This document shows, in pieces, positions 37,090 through 46,081 of a stretch of 64,000 nucleotides of DNA. This DNA is from Thermoanaerobaculia bacterium (GTDB lineage: Bacteria; Acidobacteriota; Thermoanaerobaculia; Multivoradales; JAGPDF01): assembly GCA_963719555.1 (NCBI GenBank), contig CAVRCL010000013.1, forward strand, positions 1,463 to 65,462, in the 5' to 3' direction. A program made the position numbers and the translations under genes. How positions within the stretch are numbered: the first letter of the stretch is position 1; the number at the start of each line of letters is the position of its first letter. The notes under the pieces were generated by a model, which did not search any database, was not told the DNA's origin, and saw nothing but the letters and a program-made list of their open reading frames with translations.

Positions 37090-38205
37090 TCAGGAAACGA
37101 CGCCGGCGTTCATTCCCGCTGCGACGGCGCGCGCGACGAGGTCACCGACTTCGCTGGTCGTCATGCTGCCACCCAGATCGTGCGTGGTGCGGCCGGAGCG
37201 GATCGACTCGGCAACGACGCCCTCGATCTCGAGCGCGGCGGCGCGGTGGCCGAGAGTCTCCAGCATCAGCGAAGTCGAGAGGATCGCGCCGATCGGGTTC
37301 GCCTTGCCGGTGCCGGCGTACTTCGGCGCCGAGCCGTGCACCGGCTCGAACATCGAGGTGCGCCCCGGATGGAGATTCGCCGAACCGGCGACCCCCAGGC
37401 CACCCTGGAGCGCCGCGCCCAGATCGGTGAGGATGTCCCCGAACATGTTGTTCGAGACGATCACCTCGAACTGCTCCGGAGCCCGCACCATCTGCATGCA
37501 GAGCGCGTCGACGAACATGTGCGAGGCCGCGATCGACGGAAACTCCTTGGCCAGCCCGAAGAAGACCCGCTGCCAGAGATCGTGGCCGTAGCGCATGACG
37601 TTCGACTTGTCGGCCATCAGCACCTTCTTCTTGCCGTTCGCCACCGCCCACTCGAAGGCTGCCCGGCAGATGCGTTCGACCCCCTTGTAGGTGTTGATCT
37701 CTTCCTGAATGGCGACCTCGTCCGGCGTTCCCTTCTTCAGGAAACCGCCGATGCCGACGTAAGAACCCTCGGTGTTCTCGCGGAAGATCGTGAAGTCGAT
37801 ATCCGCCGGGCTCTTGCCCTTGAGCGGGCAGAGCCGGGCGTCGTAGAGCCTGCACGGCCGGAAATTGATGAAGAGATCGAGCTGAAAGCGGATGCCGAGG
37901 AGGATGTCCGCCGCGTGCCGCATGTCGGGGATGCGCGGGTCGCCGTAAGCACCGATGAAGATCGCGGAGAAGTTGTCCCGCAGGTCCGCCATCGCGCCGG
38001 CGGGGATCGATACCCCGGTCTCAAGATAGTGGTCGGCGCTCCAGGGAAAGTGCACCAGCTCGAGCGGCAGGGAATGGCGTTCGGCGGCCGCTTCGAGCAC
38101 CTTGACCGCCTCGGCGGCGACGTCGCGCCCGATACCGTCCCCAGGGAGCACGGCGATGCGCTGCGGACGGCGGCTCTTCGGATCAACGGGGTCGGTCAGA
38201 TTCAT
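37090..38205 (-). CDS. Isopropylmalate/tartrate/homoisocitrate dehydrogenase family protein (TtuC-like)
   Basis: Start MNLTDPV. ...RIAVLPGDGIGRDV...FPWSADHYLETG...FIGAYGDPRIPD...FINFRPCRL...FRENTEGSYVGIGG...NMFGDILTDLGAAL..GGLGVAGSANL. Confidence 0.75.
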   Translation of the reverse strand: MNLTDPVDPKSRRPQRIAVLPGDGIGRDVAAEAVKVLEAAAERHSLPLELVHFPWSADHYLETGVSIPAGAMADLRDNFSAIFIGAYGDPRIPDMRHAADILLGIRFQLDLFINFRPCRLYDARLCPLKGKSPADIDFTIFRENTEGSYVGIGGFLKKGTPDEVAIQEEINTYKGVERICRAAFEWAVANGKKKVLMADKSNVMRYGHDLWQRVFFGLAKEFPSIAASHMFVDALCMQMVRAPEQFEVIVSNNMFGDILTDLGAALQGGLGVAGSANLHPGRTSMFEPVHGSAPKYAGTGKANPIGAILSTSLMLETLGHRAAALEIEGVVAESIRSGRTTHDLGGSMTTSEVGDLVARAVAAGMNAGVVS

Positions 38206-39461
38206 TCTTGGCGAGCTCTCTCTTCGCGCGCAACCGGGGCCGCGATCTCCTTCGATGCTAGCACGCGGCCCAGACCCCAGAAGCCCATCCAGAGGGCGGT
38301 GCCGACCACTCCGGCGGCGCCCCACAGCACCTCGGCGCCGTAGCGGTCGTAGACCGAGAGGCCGAGCGCCGGCGCGATCAGGAAGGCGGCCGCGAAGGCC
38401 ATCGTGTAGGCGCCCATGTAGCGGCCGGCGCGCGCCGAGCCGGCCCGGGCCGCGACGAAGATATTCGTCATCGGCAGCGTGAGCATTTCACCCACTGTCC
38501 AGACGAGGATCGTGGCGGCCGCGAAGAGCGCTCCACGCCCCAGCGGCAAGAGCGCGAAACCGAGGCAGAGGAGAAAGGCGCCCGGGCCGATGACCGCGAG
38601 CGGCGCCAGGCGCTCGACCCGGCGCAGGATCAGCATCTCGAAGGCGACGACGACCAGGGCGTTGAGGCCGAGAAGACCGCCGATGCCCGCCTCGCTCAGC
38701 TCGTACTCCTTGTGCAGGTAGAGGGGGAAGGTGCCGTTGATCTGGAAGAAGACGATGGCGAGCGCCGTCGTCAGGCCGAGGAAGACGACGAACGGGCCGT
38801 CGCGCCATGGAGAGCCGACCGGCTGACTCGTCGCGTCGCCCACGTTGCGGAGAGGTTGGCGCCGCCGCGCGGCGCGGCGGTGCGCCAGGAAGAGGACCGC
38901 GGCGGCAGCCCAGCAGGTACAGGCGTCGGCAATGAAGAGCAGATCGTAGTTCACACCGGCGAGAAGCCCGCCGAGCGCCGGACCCACGGTCATGCCGGCG
39001 TTCACGGCGAGCCGCAAGAGCCCCATCGACCGGCCCCGCACCTCGGCGGGGACGTTCTTTCCCGCCGCCGCCAGGAGCGCCGGGCGGTAGCTCTCCGCAA
39101 CCAGGGCGATCGCCACCATCGCGATGCCGAAATCCCTCTCGGTGGAAAGCCGGGTGAGCGCGAGAAAGCCGACGCCGGTACCGATGAGCGAAACCTGTTG
39201 CACCACCACCGGCGACCACCGATCGGCCGCCCAACCACCGAGGAAGGCTCCGCCGATGGCACCGGCGCCGTAGAGAGCGAGCATCCTGCCGGCCGCCGCC
39301 GGACTCCATCCGAACTGACCGGTGAGATAGAGCGTGAGAAATGGCAGCACCATGGTGCCGGCGCGATTGACCAGAGTGGCGAGCGCCAGGACCCAGACCT
39401 CGCCTGGAAGACCCGAGAAGGCGTCGGCGTAACGTCGCCCGAGCCAGCGCAGCGGACTCAA
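38202..39461 (-). CDS. MFS transporter
   Basis: 419 aa, about 12 hydrophobic helices. ...GAFLGGWAADRWSP... (MFS loop 2-3 motif). ATGA overlap with the downstream dehydrogenase gene. Confidence 0.7.
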   Translation of the reverse strand: MSPLRWLGRRYADAFSGLPGEVWVLALATLVNRAGTMVLPFLTLYLTGQFGWSPAAAGRMLALYGAGAIGGAFLGGWAADRWSPVVVQQVSLIGTGVGFLALTRLSTERDFGIAMVAIALVAESYRPALLAAAGKNVPAEVRGRSMGLLRLAVNAGMTVGPALGGLLAGVNYDLLFIADACTCWAAAAVLFLAHRRAARRRQPLRNVGDATSQPVGSPWRDGPFVVFLGLTTALAIVFFQINGTFPLYLHKEYELSEAGIGGLLGLNALVVVAFEMLILRRVERLAPLAVIGPGAFLLCLGFALLPLGRGALFAAATILVWTVGEMLTLPMTNIFVAARAGSARAGRYMGAYTMAFAAAFLIAPALGLSVYDRYGAEVLWGAAGVVGTALWMGFWGLGRVLASKEIAAPVAREERARQE

Positions 39462-39494
39462 GGCAGCGTCACAAACGGACGGTCGGCCAGGTGT

Positions 39495-40283
39495 TCACCC
39501 GGCGGCCGCCACGGGTGCCGCTACCGGCCGCTCGTGTGCCGCACCGAACGCCAGAACGACCTGCACCCTGGGGACGAGAAAGGCCGAATACAGTTCGCTC
39601 CAGCCGCGGGAGGGCGCGAAGGGCAGGAAGGTCTCGAGCCAGTCGGCCCGTTCGATCCGCGCGCTGACCGGCAGAAAAGTCGCAGCGGGCTGCTCGGATT
39701 CTGCCCGACGCAGGGATTCGCTGCGCCGCCAGAAGGTGCGCGTGCGGTCGCGAAAGAACGCGACCTCCGCTTCCCAAGGCTGGCCGGAGACCGCGGATCC
39801 CGTTTCACGGGCGCCGCCGACCTGGGCCGCCACTGCGAACCGCGCACCGGCGGAAAACTCCCATCGCCAGATGCGTTCGTCCCTCTCACCCGATCCGCCG
39901 GCAACGGCCCCCTGGGGCGCCGTGCGCGGCAGGCCCTGCGGAAACGCGCAGACCGCTGCCGAAACCGGCAGGCCGGCGACGAGGCGTCCGACCGGCACCG
40001 CCCATCCCGGTACGAGCTGTCGCAACAGCAGCACCGAGGCCGTGCTGTCGGCGTCGCGCACGCACAGACGCGCGCTGATCTGCGGGTAGGAGAGCGCGAG
40101 CCAGCTCGCCCCCTGCAGGTGGAGGCCGACCTGACGGAAGAGCACCAGCGAAAAAAAGGCGAGGCTTTCGCCGCCGCGGTCGCTGCGGTCGTAGCGCAAG
40201 CCGGCCGGGGCCGGCGGCAGCTGCGAGATCGGGATCGCCCAGTTCAGGTGAAGGGCGTCGGTCAGTGCCGTTTCGAGAACCAC
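39495..40283 (-). CDS. DUF2071 (YqjF-like) family protein (tentative); GTG start inferred
   Basis: ...LHLNWAIPISQLPPAPAGLRYD...ESLAFFSLVLFRQVGLHLQG...YPQISARLCVRD... resembles the DUF2071 pattern (L.lNw.vp...L....P.GLelD...G.a..SlV.Fr). The rest of the 651-aa ORF is antisense shadow of the M28 gene. Confidence 0.4.
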   Translation of the reverse strand: MVLETALTDALHLNWAIPISQLPPAPAGLRYDRSDRGGESLAFFSLVLFRQVGLHLQGASWLALSYPQISARLCVRDADSTASVLLLRQLVPGWAVPVGRLVAGLPVSAAVCAFPQGLPRTAPQGAVAGGSGERDERIWRWEFSAGARFAVAAQVGGARETGSAVSGQPWEAEVAFFRDRTRTFWRRSESLRRAESEQPAATFLPVSARIERADWLETFLPFAPSRGWSELYSAFLVPRVQVVLAFGAAHERPVAAPVAAAG

Positions 40284-40385
40284 GGGGAGGAAGTTAGCCT
40301 GTCTCCCGTCGACCGGCAAGGGGCCGCGCCGGCGAGCCGGCGGCTGAAGCGCCGCGCGCGCCGCAATTCGGGGGAGAATGTGGCG

Positions 40386-42101
40386 ATGAAAACGCCGACC
40401 CCTTTCTGCTTCCCGCCCATCGTCGCCGGTTTCGCCCTCGCCCTCGCCGGTGGCGCGTGGGCAGCCGGCGGCGCGATCGACGCCGCGACGCTCGCCGCCC
40501 CGGTACGCTTCCTCTCCTCCGACGCCCTCGAAGGGCGCGGACCAGGGAGCCGCGGCGACCGCCTCGCGCGCCTCTATCTCGCCACCGGACTCGAAGAGCT
40601 TGGGCTCGTGCCGGGTATACCGGCGAGAGCGGCCGGGGTGATCGCAGCGAGCGGAACGACCGAAACGGTCGGAGCGAGCGGCGAAGGTGATTCCTGGGAG
40701 CAGCGGTTGCCGATGATCGGCATCGCTTCGCAGGCGCCGGCGAGCTGGGTCTTCTCGGGCCCCGGTGGCGAGGTCTCGCTGGCGCGGCGGGAAGAGTTCA
40801 TCGCCGTCTCGGGAGTCCAGGCGCCCGCAGCGGCGATCCAGGATGCCGAGGTGGTCTTCGTCGGCTACGGGATCCAGGCGCCAGAGCATGGCTGGGACGA
40901 TTTCAAGGGCGTCGACCTCAAGGGCAAGGTCCTGCTCATGCTGAACAACGATCCGGACTGGGACGAGGCGCTCTTCGCCGGCAAGCGCCGGCTCTACTAC
41001 GGGCGCTGGACCTACAAGTACGAAAGTGCCGCGCGTCAGGGCGCCGTCGGCGCCATCCTCATCCACACCACGCCCTCCGCCGGTTATCCGTTCCAGGTCG
41101 TCCAGTCGTCCTGGACGGGCGAGCAGTTCGAGCTTCCTGCCGGCGACGAACCGCGCCTCCAGGTCTCGGGCTGGACGACCGAGAGCGCCGCCGAGCGTCT
41201 CGTGGCACTCGGCGGCAGGAAGCTCGCCGCGCTGGTGGAGAGCGCGAGGTCGAAGTCGTTCCGGCCGGTGCCGCTCGGCGTGCGCACCAGCCTCGCGCTC
41301 GACAACGAGACCCGCGCGGTCGAAACCGCGAACGTCGCGGGCCTGCTGCCAGGAGCGGATCCCGTCCTCAGGCACGAGGTCGTGGTCTTCACCGCGCATC
41401 ACGACCACCTGGGCGTCGCCACCGCCGACAAGGAGGGTGACGCGATCCACAACGGCGCGGTCGACAACGCCACCGGTTGCGCCCAGCTCCTCGCCCTCGC
41501 GAAAGCCTTCGCCGCTCTGCCGCAGCCACCGCGGCGCTCGCTCCTCTTCCTCTTCGTCGCCGCCGAGGAGCAGGGCCTGCTCGGCTCCAGGTACTACACG
41601 GCGAATCCGACCTTCTCACCCGGACGGATCGCGGCGAACATCAACCTCGACTCGGCGAATATCTACGGCCGCACGCGCGACGTGACCTACGTCGGCTTCG
41701 GCAAGTCGTCGCTCGACGCGGTGGTCACCGCCGCCGCAGCGGCGCAGGGGCGAGTCGTCAAGGGAGATCAGGCGCCCGAGAAGGGATCCTTCTACCGCTC
41801 GGACCAGTTCAACTTCGCGCGCATCGGCGTGCCGGCCATCTATCTCGATCCGGGGACCGAGTTCGTCGGCGAGGGCGCGGCGGCGGCCAAAGCCCGGCAG
41901 AGCTCCTACGACTCGACCTGCTATCACCAGCCCTGCGACGAGCTGACCGCCGACTGGGTCTGGGACGGGATGATCGAGGACACGGAGCTCGCCCTGGCGG
42001 TCGGCCTCGCCATCGCCAACGCCGATGCCATGCCGACCTGGAACCCCGGAGACGAATTCGCCGCCGCGCGCAAGAAGGCACTGGCGCAAGGTGCTCCCTA
42101 A
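40386..42101 (+). CDS. M28 family metallopeptidase with PA domain
   Basis: Signal MKTPTPFCFPPIVAGFALALAGGAWA. ...LEGRGPGSRG..., FTAHHDHLG, GAVDNATG, FVAAEEQGLLGS, FYRSDQFNFARIGVPA, CYHQPCD are Zn-ligand motifs of M28 aminopeptidases. Confidence 0.75.
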   Translation: MKTPTPFCFPPIVAGFALALAGGAWAAGGAIDAATLAAPVRFLSSDALEGRGPGSRGDRLARLYLATGLEELGLVPGIPARAAGVIAASGTTETVGASGEGDSWEQRLPMIGIASQAPASWVFSGPGGEVSLARREEFIAVSGVQAPAAAIQDAEVVFVGYGIQAPEHGWDDFKGVDLKGKVLLMLNNDPDWDEALFAGKRRLYYGRWTYKYESAARQGAVGAILIHTTPSAGYPFQVVQSSWTGEQFELPAGDEPRLQVSGWTTESAAERLVALGGRKLAALVESARSKSFRPVPLGVRTSLALDNETRAVETANVAGLLPGADPVLRHEVVVFTAHHDHLGVATADKEGDAIHNGAVDNATGCAQLLALAKAFAALPQPPRRSLLFLFVAAEEQGLLGSRYYTANPTFSPGRIAANINLDSANIYGRTRDVTYVGFGKSSLDAVVTAAAAAQGRVVKGDQAPEKGSFYRSDQFNFARIGVPAIYLDPGTEFVGEGAAAAKARQSSYDSTCYHQPCDELTADWVWDGMIEDTELALAVGLAIANADAMPTWNPGDEFAAARKKALAQGAP

Positions 42102-42171
42102 GCTGAATCTGACGCCCTGGGGAATACTTGGAGGAATACCGCGGTAGTCCAGCAGGTGTTACACTTCTAGC

Positions 42172-42408
42172 ATGAAGATCGGCGTTTCCCTTCCCGGCGA
42201 GCTGGTGGAGTTCGCGGACCTCGAGGCCGAACGCCGCGGGACGACGCGCTCAGGGCTCTTGGCGGAGCTCCTCGACGAGGCGCGTGTCCGTGCTCAAACG
42301 CGGGCGTACCTGGACAAGCATGGCTGGGACGTAGCCGAGGATGAAGACGCCTGGCGGTCTTACCAGCGGGCCCGGATGGCGCAGGAGTACGCTGAAGATG
42401 ACTGGTGA
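42172..42408 (+). CDS. Ribbon-helix-helix antitoxin (MazE/CopG-like)
   Basis: 78 aa. MKIGVSLPGELVEFADLEAERRGTTRSGLLAELLDEA has RHH topology. Overlaps the following mazF-like gene by 11 nt. Confidence 0.6.
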   Translation: MKIGVSLPGELVEFADLEAERRGTTRSGLLAELLDEARVRAQTRAYLDKHGWDVAEDEDAWRSYQRARMAQEYAEDDW

Positions 42409-42733
42409 GATCCCGCTGCCACGCCGCGGCGAGGTCTGGTGGGTGCGCGTCGACAAGCGCCGTCCGGCCGTCATCGTCCAGACCGACAAGGTCCGCGAGC
42501 CACGGATCGCCTCGTTTCTCGTCGTGCCCCTGACCGGCCGCCTGCACCTCGAGGGTTTGCCCGGAAACGTCCGACTCGACACGCGCTCGACCCGCCTCTC
42601 GAGGCCTTCGGTAGCCAATGTCTACGACCTGCAGAAGGTTCTGAAGAGTGACCTGATCGAGCGCGTTTCAGTGCTTCGCGCCAACGAGCTCGAGGCTCTC
42701 GACGCGGGCCTTCGCCTCGTACTGGAGCTTTGA
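42398..42733 (+). CDS. mazF: MazF/PemK-family type II toxin (mRNA interferase)
   Basis: MTGEIPLPRRGEVWWVRVDKRRPAVIVQTDKV...FLVVPLTGRL...GNVRLD...SVANVYDLQKVLKSDLIERVSVL follows the PemK/MazF pattern (RG.vw.v.......RP.vVvq.d......v.v.PlTs). Confidence 0.75.
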   Translation: MTGEIPLPRRGEVWWVRVDKRRPAVIVQTDKVREPRIASFLVVPLTGRLHLEGLPGNVRLDTRSTRLSRPSVANVYDLQKVLKSDLIERVSVLRANELEALDAGLRLVLEL

Positions 42734-42736
42734 CTC

Positions 42737-43027
42737 TTGTCCGCCCAGGTTTGGCTGCTGGCGGGACTCGTTGCAGTGGTGCTGCTGGTCCTCCTCGAAG
42801 GCAAGCGGCAAGAGCGCAAGTACGGCAAGAGTGGGCGCCGCGGGCTGATGCGCACTGGGCTCCTGGAGCTCCAGAAGCAGCTCGAGCCCGAGCGCAAGAT
42901 CGAGATCCTGCTCGACGAGCGCGACGACACCGAGGCCGACGAGAGCGCGGCGCCGCCCGCGCCGCCGGCCGAACCGGCACTGCCGGCATCGACGGCTTCG
43001 CCGGATGCCCGTGAGAACCGGCAGTGA
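42737..43027 (+). CDS. Small single-pass membrane protein (hypothetical; TTG start)
   Basis: 96-aa ORF. N-terminal helix VWLLAGLVAVVLLVLL followed by a charged tail. Tightly packed between mazF and the MFS gene (4-nt overlap at 43024-43027). Confidence 0.3.
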   Translation: MSAQVWLLAGLVAVVLLVLLEGKRQERKYGKSGRRGLMRTGLLELQKQLEPERKIEILLDERDDTEADESAAPPAPPAEPALPASTASPDARENRQ

Positions 43028-44292
43028 ACCTGCCCGAGTCGCTGCGGGCGCTCCGGCACCGCAACTACCGGATCTTCTTCGCCGGCCAGCTGGTCTCCCT
43101 CACCGGCACCTGGATGCAGTCCGTGGCGCAGGCCTGGCTCGCCTACCGCCTGACGAACTCGGCCGTCCTGCTCGGCATCGTGGGATTCGCCGGGCAGATT
43201 CCCACCCTCCTGTTCTCGCCAGCGGGCGGGGTCGTGGCCGATCGCTTCCCCCGCCGCCGGGTGCTGATCGTCACGCAGGCGAGCTCGATGGGCCTGGCTT
43301 TCGTGCTCGCGGCGCTCACCTTCGCCGACGCCATCACGGTGCCCTGGATTCTCGCCCTCGCAGCGCTCGGCGGGGTGGTGAATGCCTTCGACATCCCGAC
43401 CCGCCAGGCCTTCGCCATCGAAATGGTCGGGCGCGACGACCTGGTGAACGCGATCGCCCTCAACTCTTCGATCTTCAATGGCGCACGCGTGATGGGTCCG
43501 GCGATCGCCGGCCTGCTCGTGGCGCGCGTCGGCGAGGCCTGGTGTTTTCTCGCCAACGGCGTGAGCTACTTCGCAGTTCTCGCCAGCCTCGTCGCGATGC
43601 GGGTCTCGCCCGCTGCCGCCGCGCGCACGACATCGGTCTGGACGAGCGTGCGCGAGGGCTTTGCCTACGTCGCGCGCGCCCGGCCGGTGCGGGCTCTCCT
43701 TCTTCTCCTCGGCCTGGTGAGCCTCACCGGCATGCCCTACGCGGTGCTCATGCCGGTCTTCGCGCGCGAGATCCTCGGCGGGGGCGCGCGCGAGCTCGGA
43801 CTCTTGATGGGGGCCTCGGGCGTCGGGGCACTCCTGGGCGCGGTCGTGCTGGCACATCGCAGATCGGTGAAGGGACTCGGTACCTTCGTCGCCCTGTGCG
43901 CCGGCGGAATGGGCCTGGCGCTCGTCGCCTTCTCCTTCTCGCACTCGTTCTGGATCTCGGCCGCACTCCTGGTCCCGGTGGGCTTCTTCATGATGAGCGA
44001 GATGGCGAGCTCGAACACCCTCATCCAGTCGCTCATTCCCGACGCCATGCGCGGCCGCGTGATGTCCCTCTACGCCATGATGTTCATGGGCATGGCGCCG
44101 ATCGGGGCCCTCCTCGCCGGCGGGCTCGCCTCCCGGATCGGCGCCCCGGCGACGATCGCCGGCGGCGGTATCGTCTGCCTCGCCGGCGCCCTCGTTTTCG
44201 CGCGTCATCTCCCGCACCTGCGCACCGAGGCCCGGCAGATGATCGTCGAGCTCCAGATGACCGCCGGCGACCCGCCCGAAGAGCCGACCTGA
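43024..44292 (+). CDS. MFS transporter (EntS/MFS_3-like)
   Basis: MNLPESLRALRHRNYRIFFAGQLVSLTGTWMQSVAQAWL...GGVVADRFPRRRVL... is the typical N-terminus of the enterobactin-exporter-like MFS subfamily. About 12 helices. Confidence 0.75.
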   Translation: MNLPESLRALRHRNYRIFFAGQLVSLTGTWMQSVAQAWLAYRLTNSAVLLGIVGFAGQIPTLLFSPAGGVVADRFPRRRVLIVTQASSMGLAFVLAALTFADAITVPWILALAALGGVVNAFDIPTRQAFAIEMVGRDDLVNAIALNSSIFNGARVMGPAIAGLLVARVGEAWCFLANGVSYFAVLASLVAMRVSPAAAARTTSVWTSVREGFAYVARARPVRALLLLLGLVSLTGMPYAVLMPVFAREILGGGARELGLLMGASGVGALLGAVVLAHRRSVKGLGTFVALCAGGMGLALVAFSFSHSFWISAALLVPVGFFMMSEMASSNTLIQSLIPDAMRGRVMSLYAMMFMGMAPIGALLAGGLASRIGAPATIAGGGIVCLAGALVFARHLPHLRTEARQMIVELQMTAGDPPEEPT

Positions 44293-44380
44293 GGCGGGCC
44301 CGGACTGGTCACCCCCGGCCGCGACGGGAATAGAGTGCGCGTCGAGGTTGTGAGCAGCATTTCCTGCAGGAGGAGGCCGC

Positions 44381-44746
44381 ATGAGCTACGTCGATGGATT
44401 CGTGTTCGCGGTGCCGAAGAAGAAGGTCGCGGCGTACAAGAGGATCGCCACCAAGGCGGGAAAGGTCTGGATGGAGCATGGAGCTCTCGCCTATTGGGAG
44501 TGCCTCGGCGACGACCTTCCGAAGCCGAAGAAAGGCAGCGTGAGCTTCCCCGGCATGGTCCAGGCGAAGCGCGGCGAGCTCGTCGGCTTCTCCTGGATCG
44601 CATACAAATCGCGCGCCCACCGCGACAAGGTGCTCAAGAAAGTGCTGAGCGATCCACGGCTCGCCGCGATGATGGAGCCGGGCGCGATGCCGTTCGACAT
44701 GAAGCGCATGGCGTACGGCGGCTTCAAGACCCTCGTCGCCTTCTGA
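44381..44746 (+). CDS. DUF1428 domain protein
   Basis: MSYVDGFVFAVPKKKVAAYKRIATKAGKVWMEHGALAYWECLGDDLP...FSWIAYKSRAHRDKV...MPFDMKRMAYGGFKTLV closely follows the DUF1428 consensus as I recall it. Confidence 0.65.
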   Translation: MSYVDGFVFAVPKKKVAAYKRIATKAGKVWMEHGALAYWECLGDDLPKPKKGSVSFPGMVQAKRGELVGFSWIAYKSRAHRDKVLKKVLSDPRLAAMMEPGAMPFDMKRMAYGGFKTLVAF

Positions 44747-44754
44747 CCGCACAC

Positions 44755-45059
44755 ATGATCGCGCCGGCCCCCGTCACTCTCGAAGGCGACGGCGTGCGGC
44801 TCGAGCCGCTGGCGGCGGAGCATCGCGCCAATCTGGCCGACGCAGCCACGTCGACACCGCCTGCTAGCCCCTGCTCTTCGACCACGCTTTCGAGACGCTG
44901 AGTCGCAGGGTGGTCGGCCTGCGGACGGACAACTTCAACTTCGCCTCGCAACGGGCGAACGAAGCGCTCGGTGCACACCGGGACGGCGTGCTCCGCCATC
45001 GCATGGCGCGCGTCGGAGATCACTCCCGGCCTCAGATCTCGAGCTCGCGGCCGAGGTGA
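44755..45059 (+). pseudogene. GNAT (RimJ/RimL-like) acetyltransferase remnant with internal deletion and frame change
   Basis: MIAPAPVTLEGDGVRLEPLAAEHRANLADAA... (N-terminal ~30 aa) jumps directly, in another frame, to LLFDHAFETLSRRVVGLRTDNFNFASQRANEALGAHRDGVLRHRMAR (the region normally ~70 residues further on). The tail runs into the 3' end of add. Confidence 0.45.
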
Positions 45060-46081
45060 CGGGAGGCAGCGGCCAGGATCTCTTCACGCATCGCGGCGAG
45101 GTGGACGCGCTTCTCCGCCTCCGGAAGGAAAGAGTGTTCGGCCGCGGCGAGGGCTAGCCTGGCGAGCACTTCCGGCGTATAGGAGAACGCCTCGCCGACC
45201 CGGCGAAACTCCTCTGACAGCGTCGTGTCGAAGAGCGCCGGATCGTCGGTGTTGATCGAGACCTCGAGGCCGGCGCGACGCAGCTCATCGAATGGATGAT
45301 GCGCGACATCGGGAGCGAGGCCGAGGCAGATGTTCGAGGTCGGGCAGACTTCGAGCGGCACCCGATCGCGGCGCAGCCGATCCACGAGACCGGAGTCCGC
45401 GATCGAATGCACGCCGTGACCGATGCGCTCCGCGCGACAGGAGTCGAGCGCGGAGTAGACCGCTTGCGGGCCCGCATGCTCGCCGGCATGCGCGACGCAG
45501 TGGAGGCCAGCGGCGGCGGCGGCGGCGAAATGATCGGCGAACGGCTCGCTCGGGTAGAGCGCCTCGCGGCCGGTGAGCCCGAGGGCGACGACCACCCCCT
45601 TCTTCTGTCCCGAGAGCGCCCAGTCGAGCGTCGGATCCGCAGTCTCCTTGCCGACGTCGCGCACGATGTCGGGGATCAGCCGGATGCGGATGTTCTCGTC
45701 GCGCTCGACAGCGATGATCGTCTCGGTCATCGCGTCGAGGACTTCGTCGATCGCCACACCGTTCTGCCAATGGGTGCCGATGGTGAAATGAACCTCCGAG
45801 TAGCGGATGTTCTCCGCCGCCTGGTCGACCGCGAAGTCGACGAGCAGCCGCTGGAAGTCCTCGGGGTCACGCACGCACTTCGAGCAGGTCAGGTAGATCT
45901 CGACGAAGTGGTCGAAGTCGCGGAAGCGGAACCACTCGCGGAGGCCGGCTTCGTCGTCGGCGGGCAATGTCACCCTTCGGCGGCGCGCCAATGCGAGCAG
46001 AGTCCGCGGGCGCATCGCGCCCTCGAGGTGGACGTGCAGCTCGACTTTCGGAATTGCGCGCAGAAACCCTTCGAGACTCAG
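45032..46081 (-). CDS. add: Adenosine deaminase; start inferred as CTG at 46079-46081
   Basis: ...IPKVELHVHLEGAMRPRTLL... (HxH zinc motif) lies upstream of the first ATG (46015), with no ATG/GTG/TTG in the open frame above it. ...AHAGEHAG..., ...ERIGHG..., ...SINTDDPALF are ADA motifs. Confidence 0.8.
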   Translation of the reverse strand: MSLEGFLRAIPKVELHVHLEGAMRPRTLLALARRRRVTLPADDEAGLREWFRFRDFDHFVEIYLTCSKCVRDPEDFQRLLVDFAVDQAAENIRYSEVHFTIGTHWQNGVAIDEVLDAMTETIIAVERDENIRIRLIPDIVRDVGKETADPTLDWALSGQKKGVVVALGLTGREALYPSEPFADHFAAAAAAGLHCVAHAGEHAGPQAVYSALDSCRAERIGHGVHSIADSGLVDRLRRDRVPLEVCPTSNICLGLAPDVAHHPFDELRRAGLEVSINTDDPALFDTTLSEEFRRVGEAFSYTPEVLARLALAAAEHSFLPEAEKRVHLAAMREEILAAASRHLGRELEI

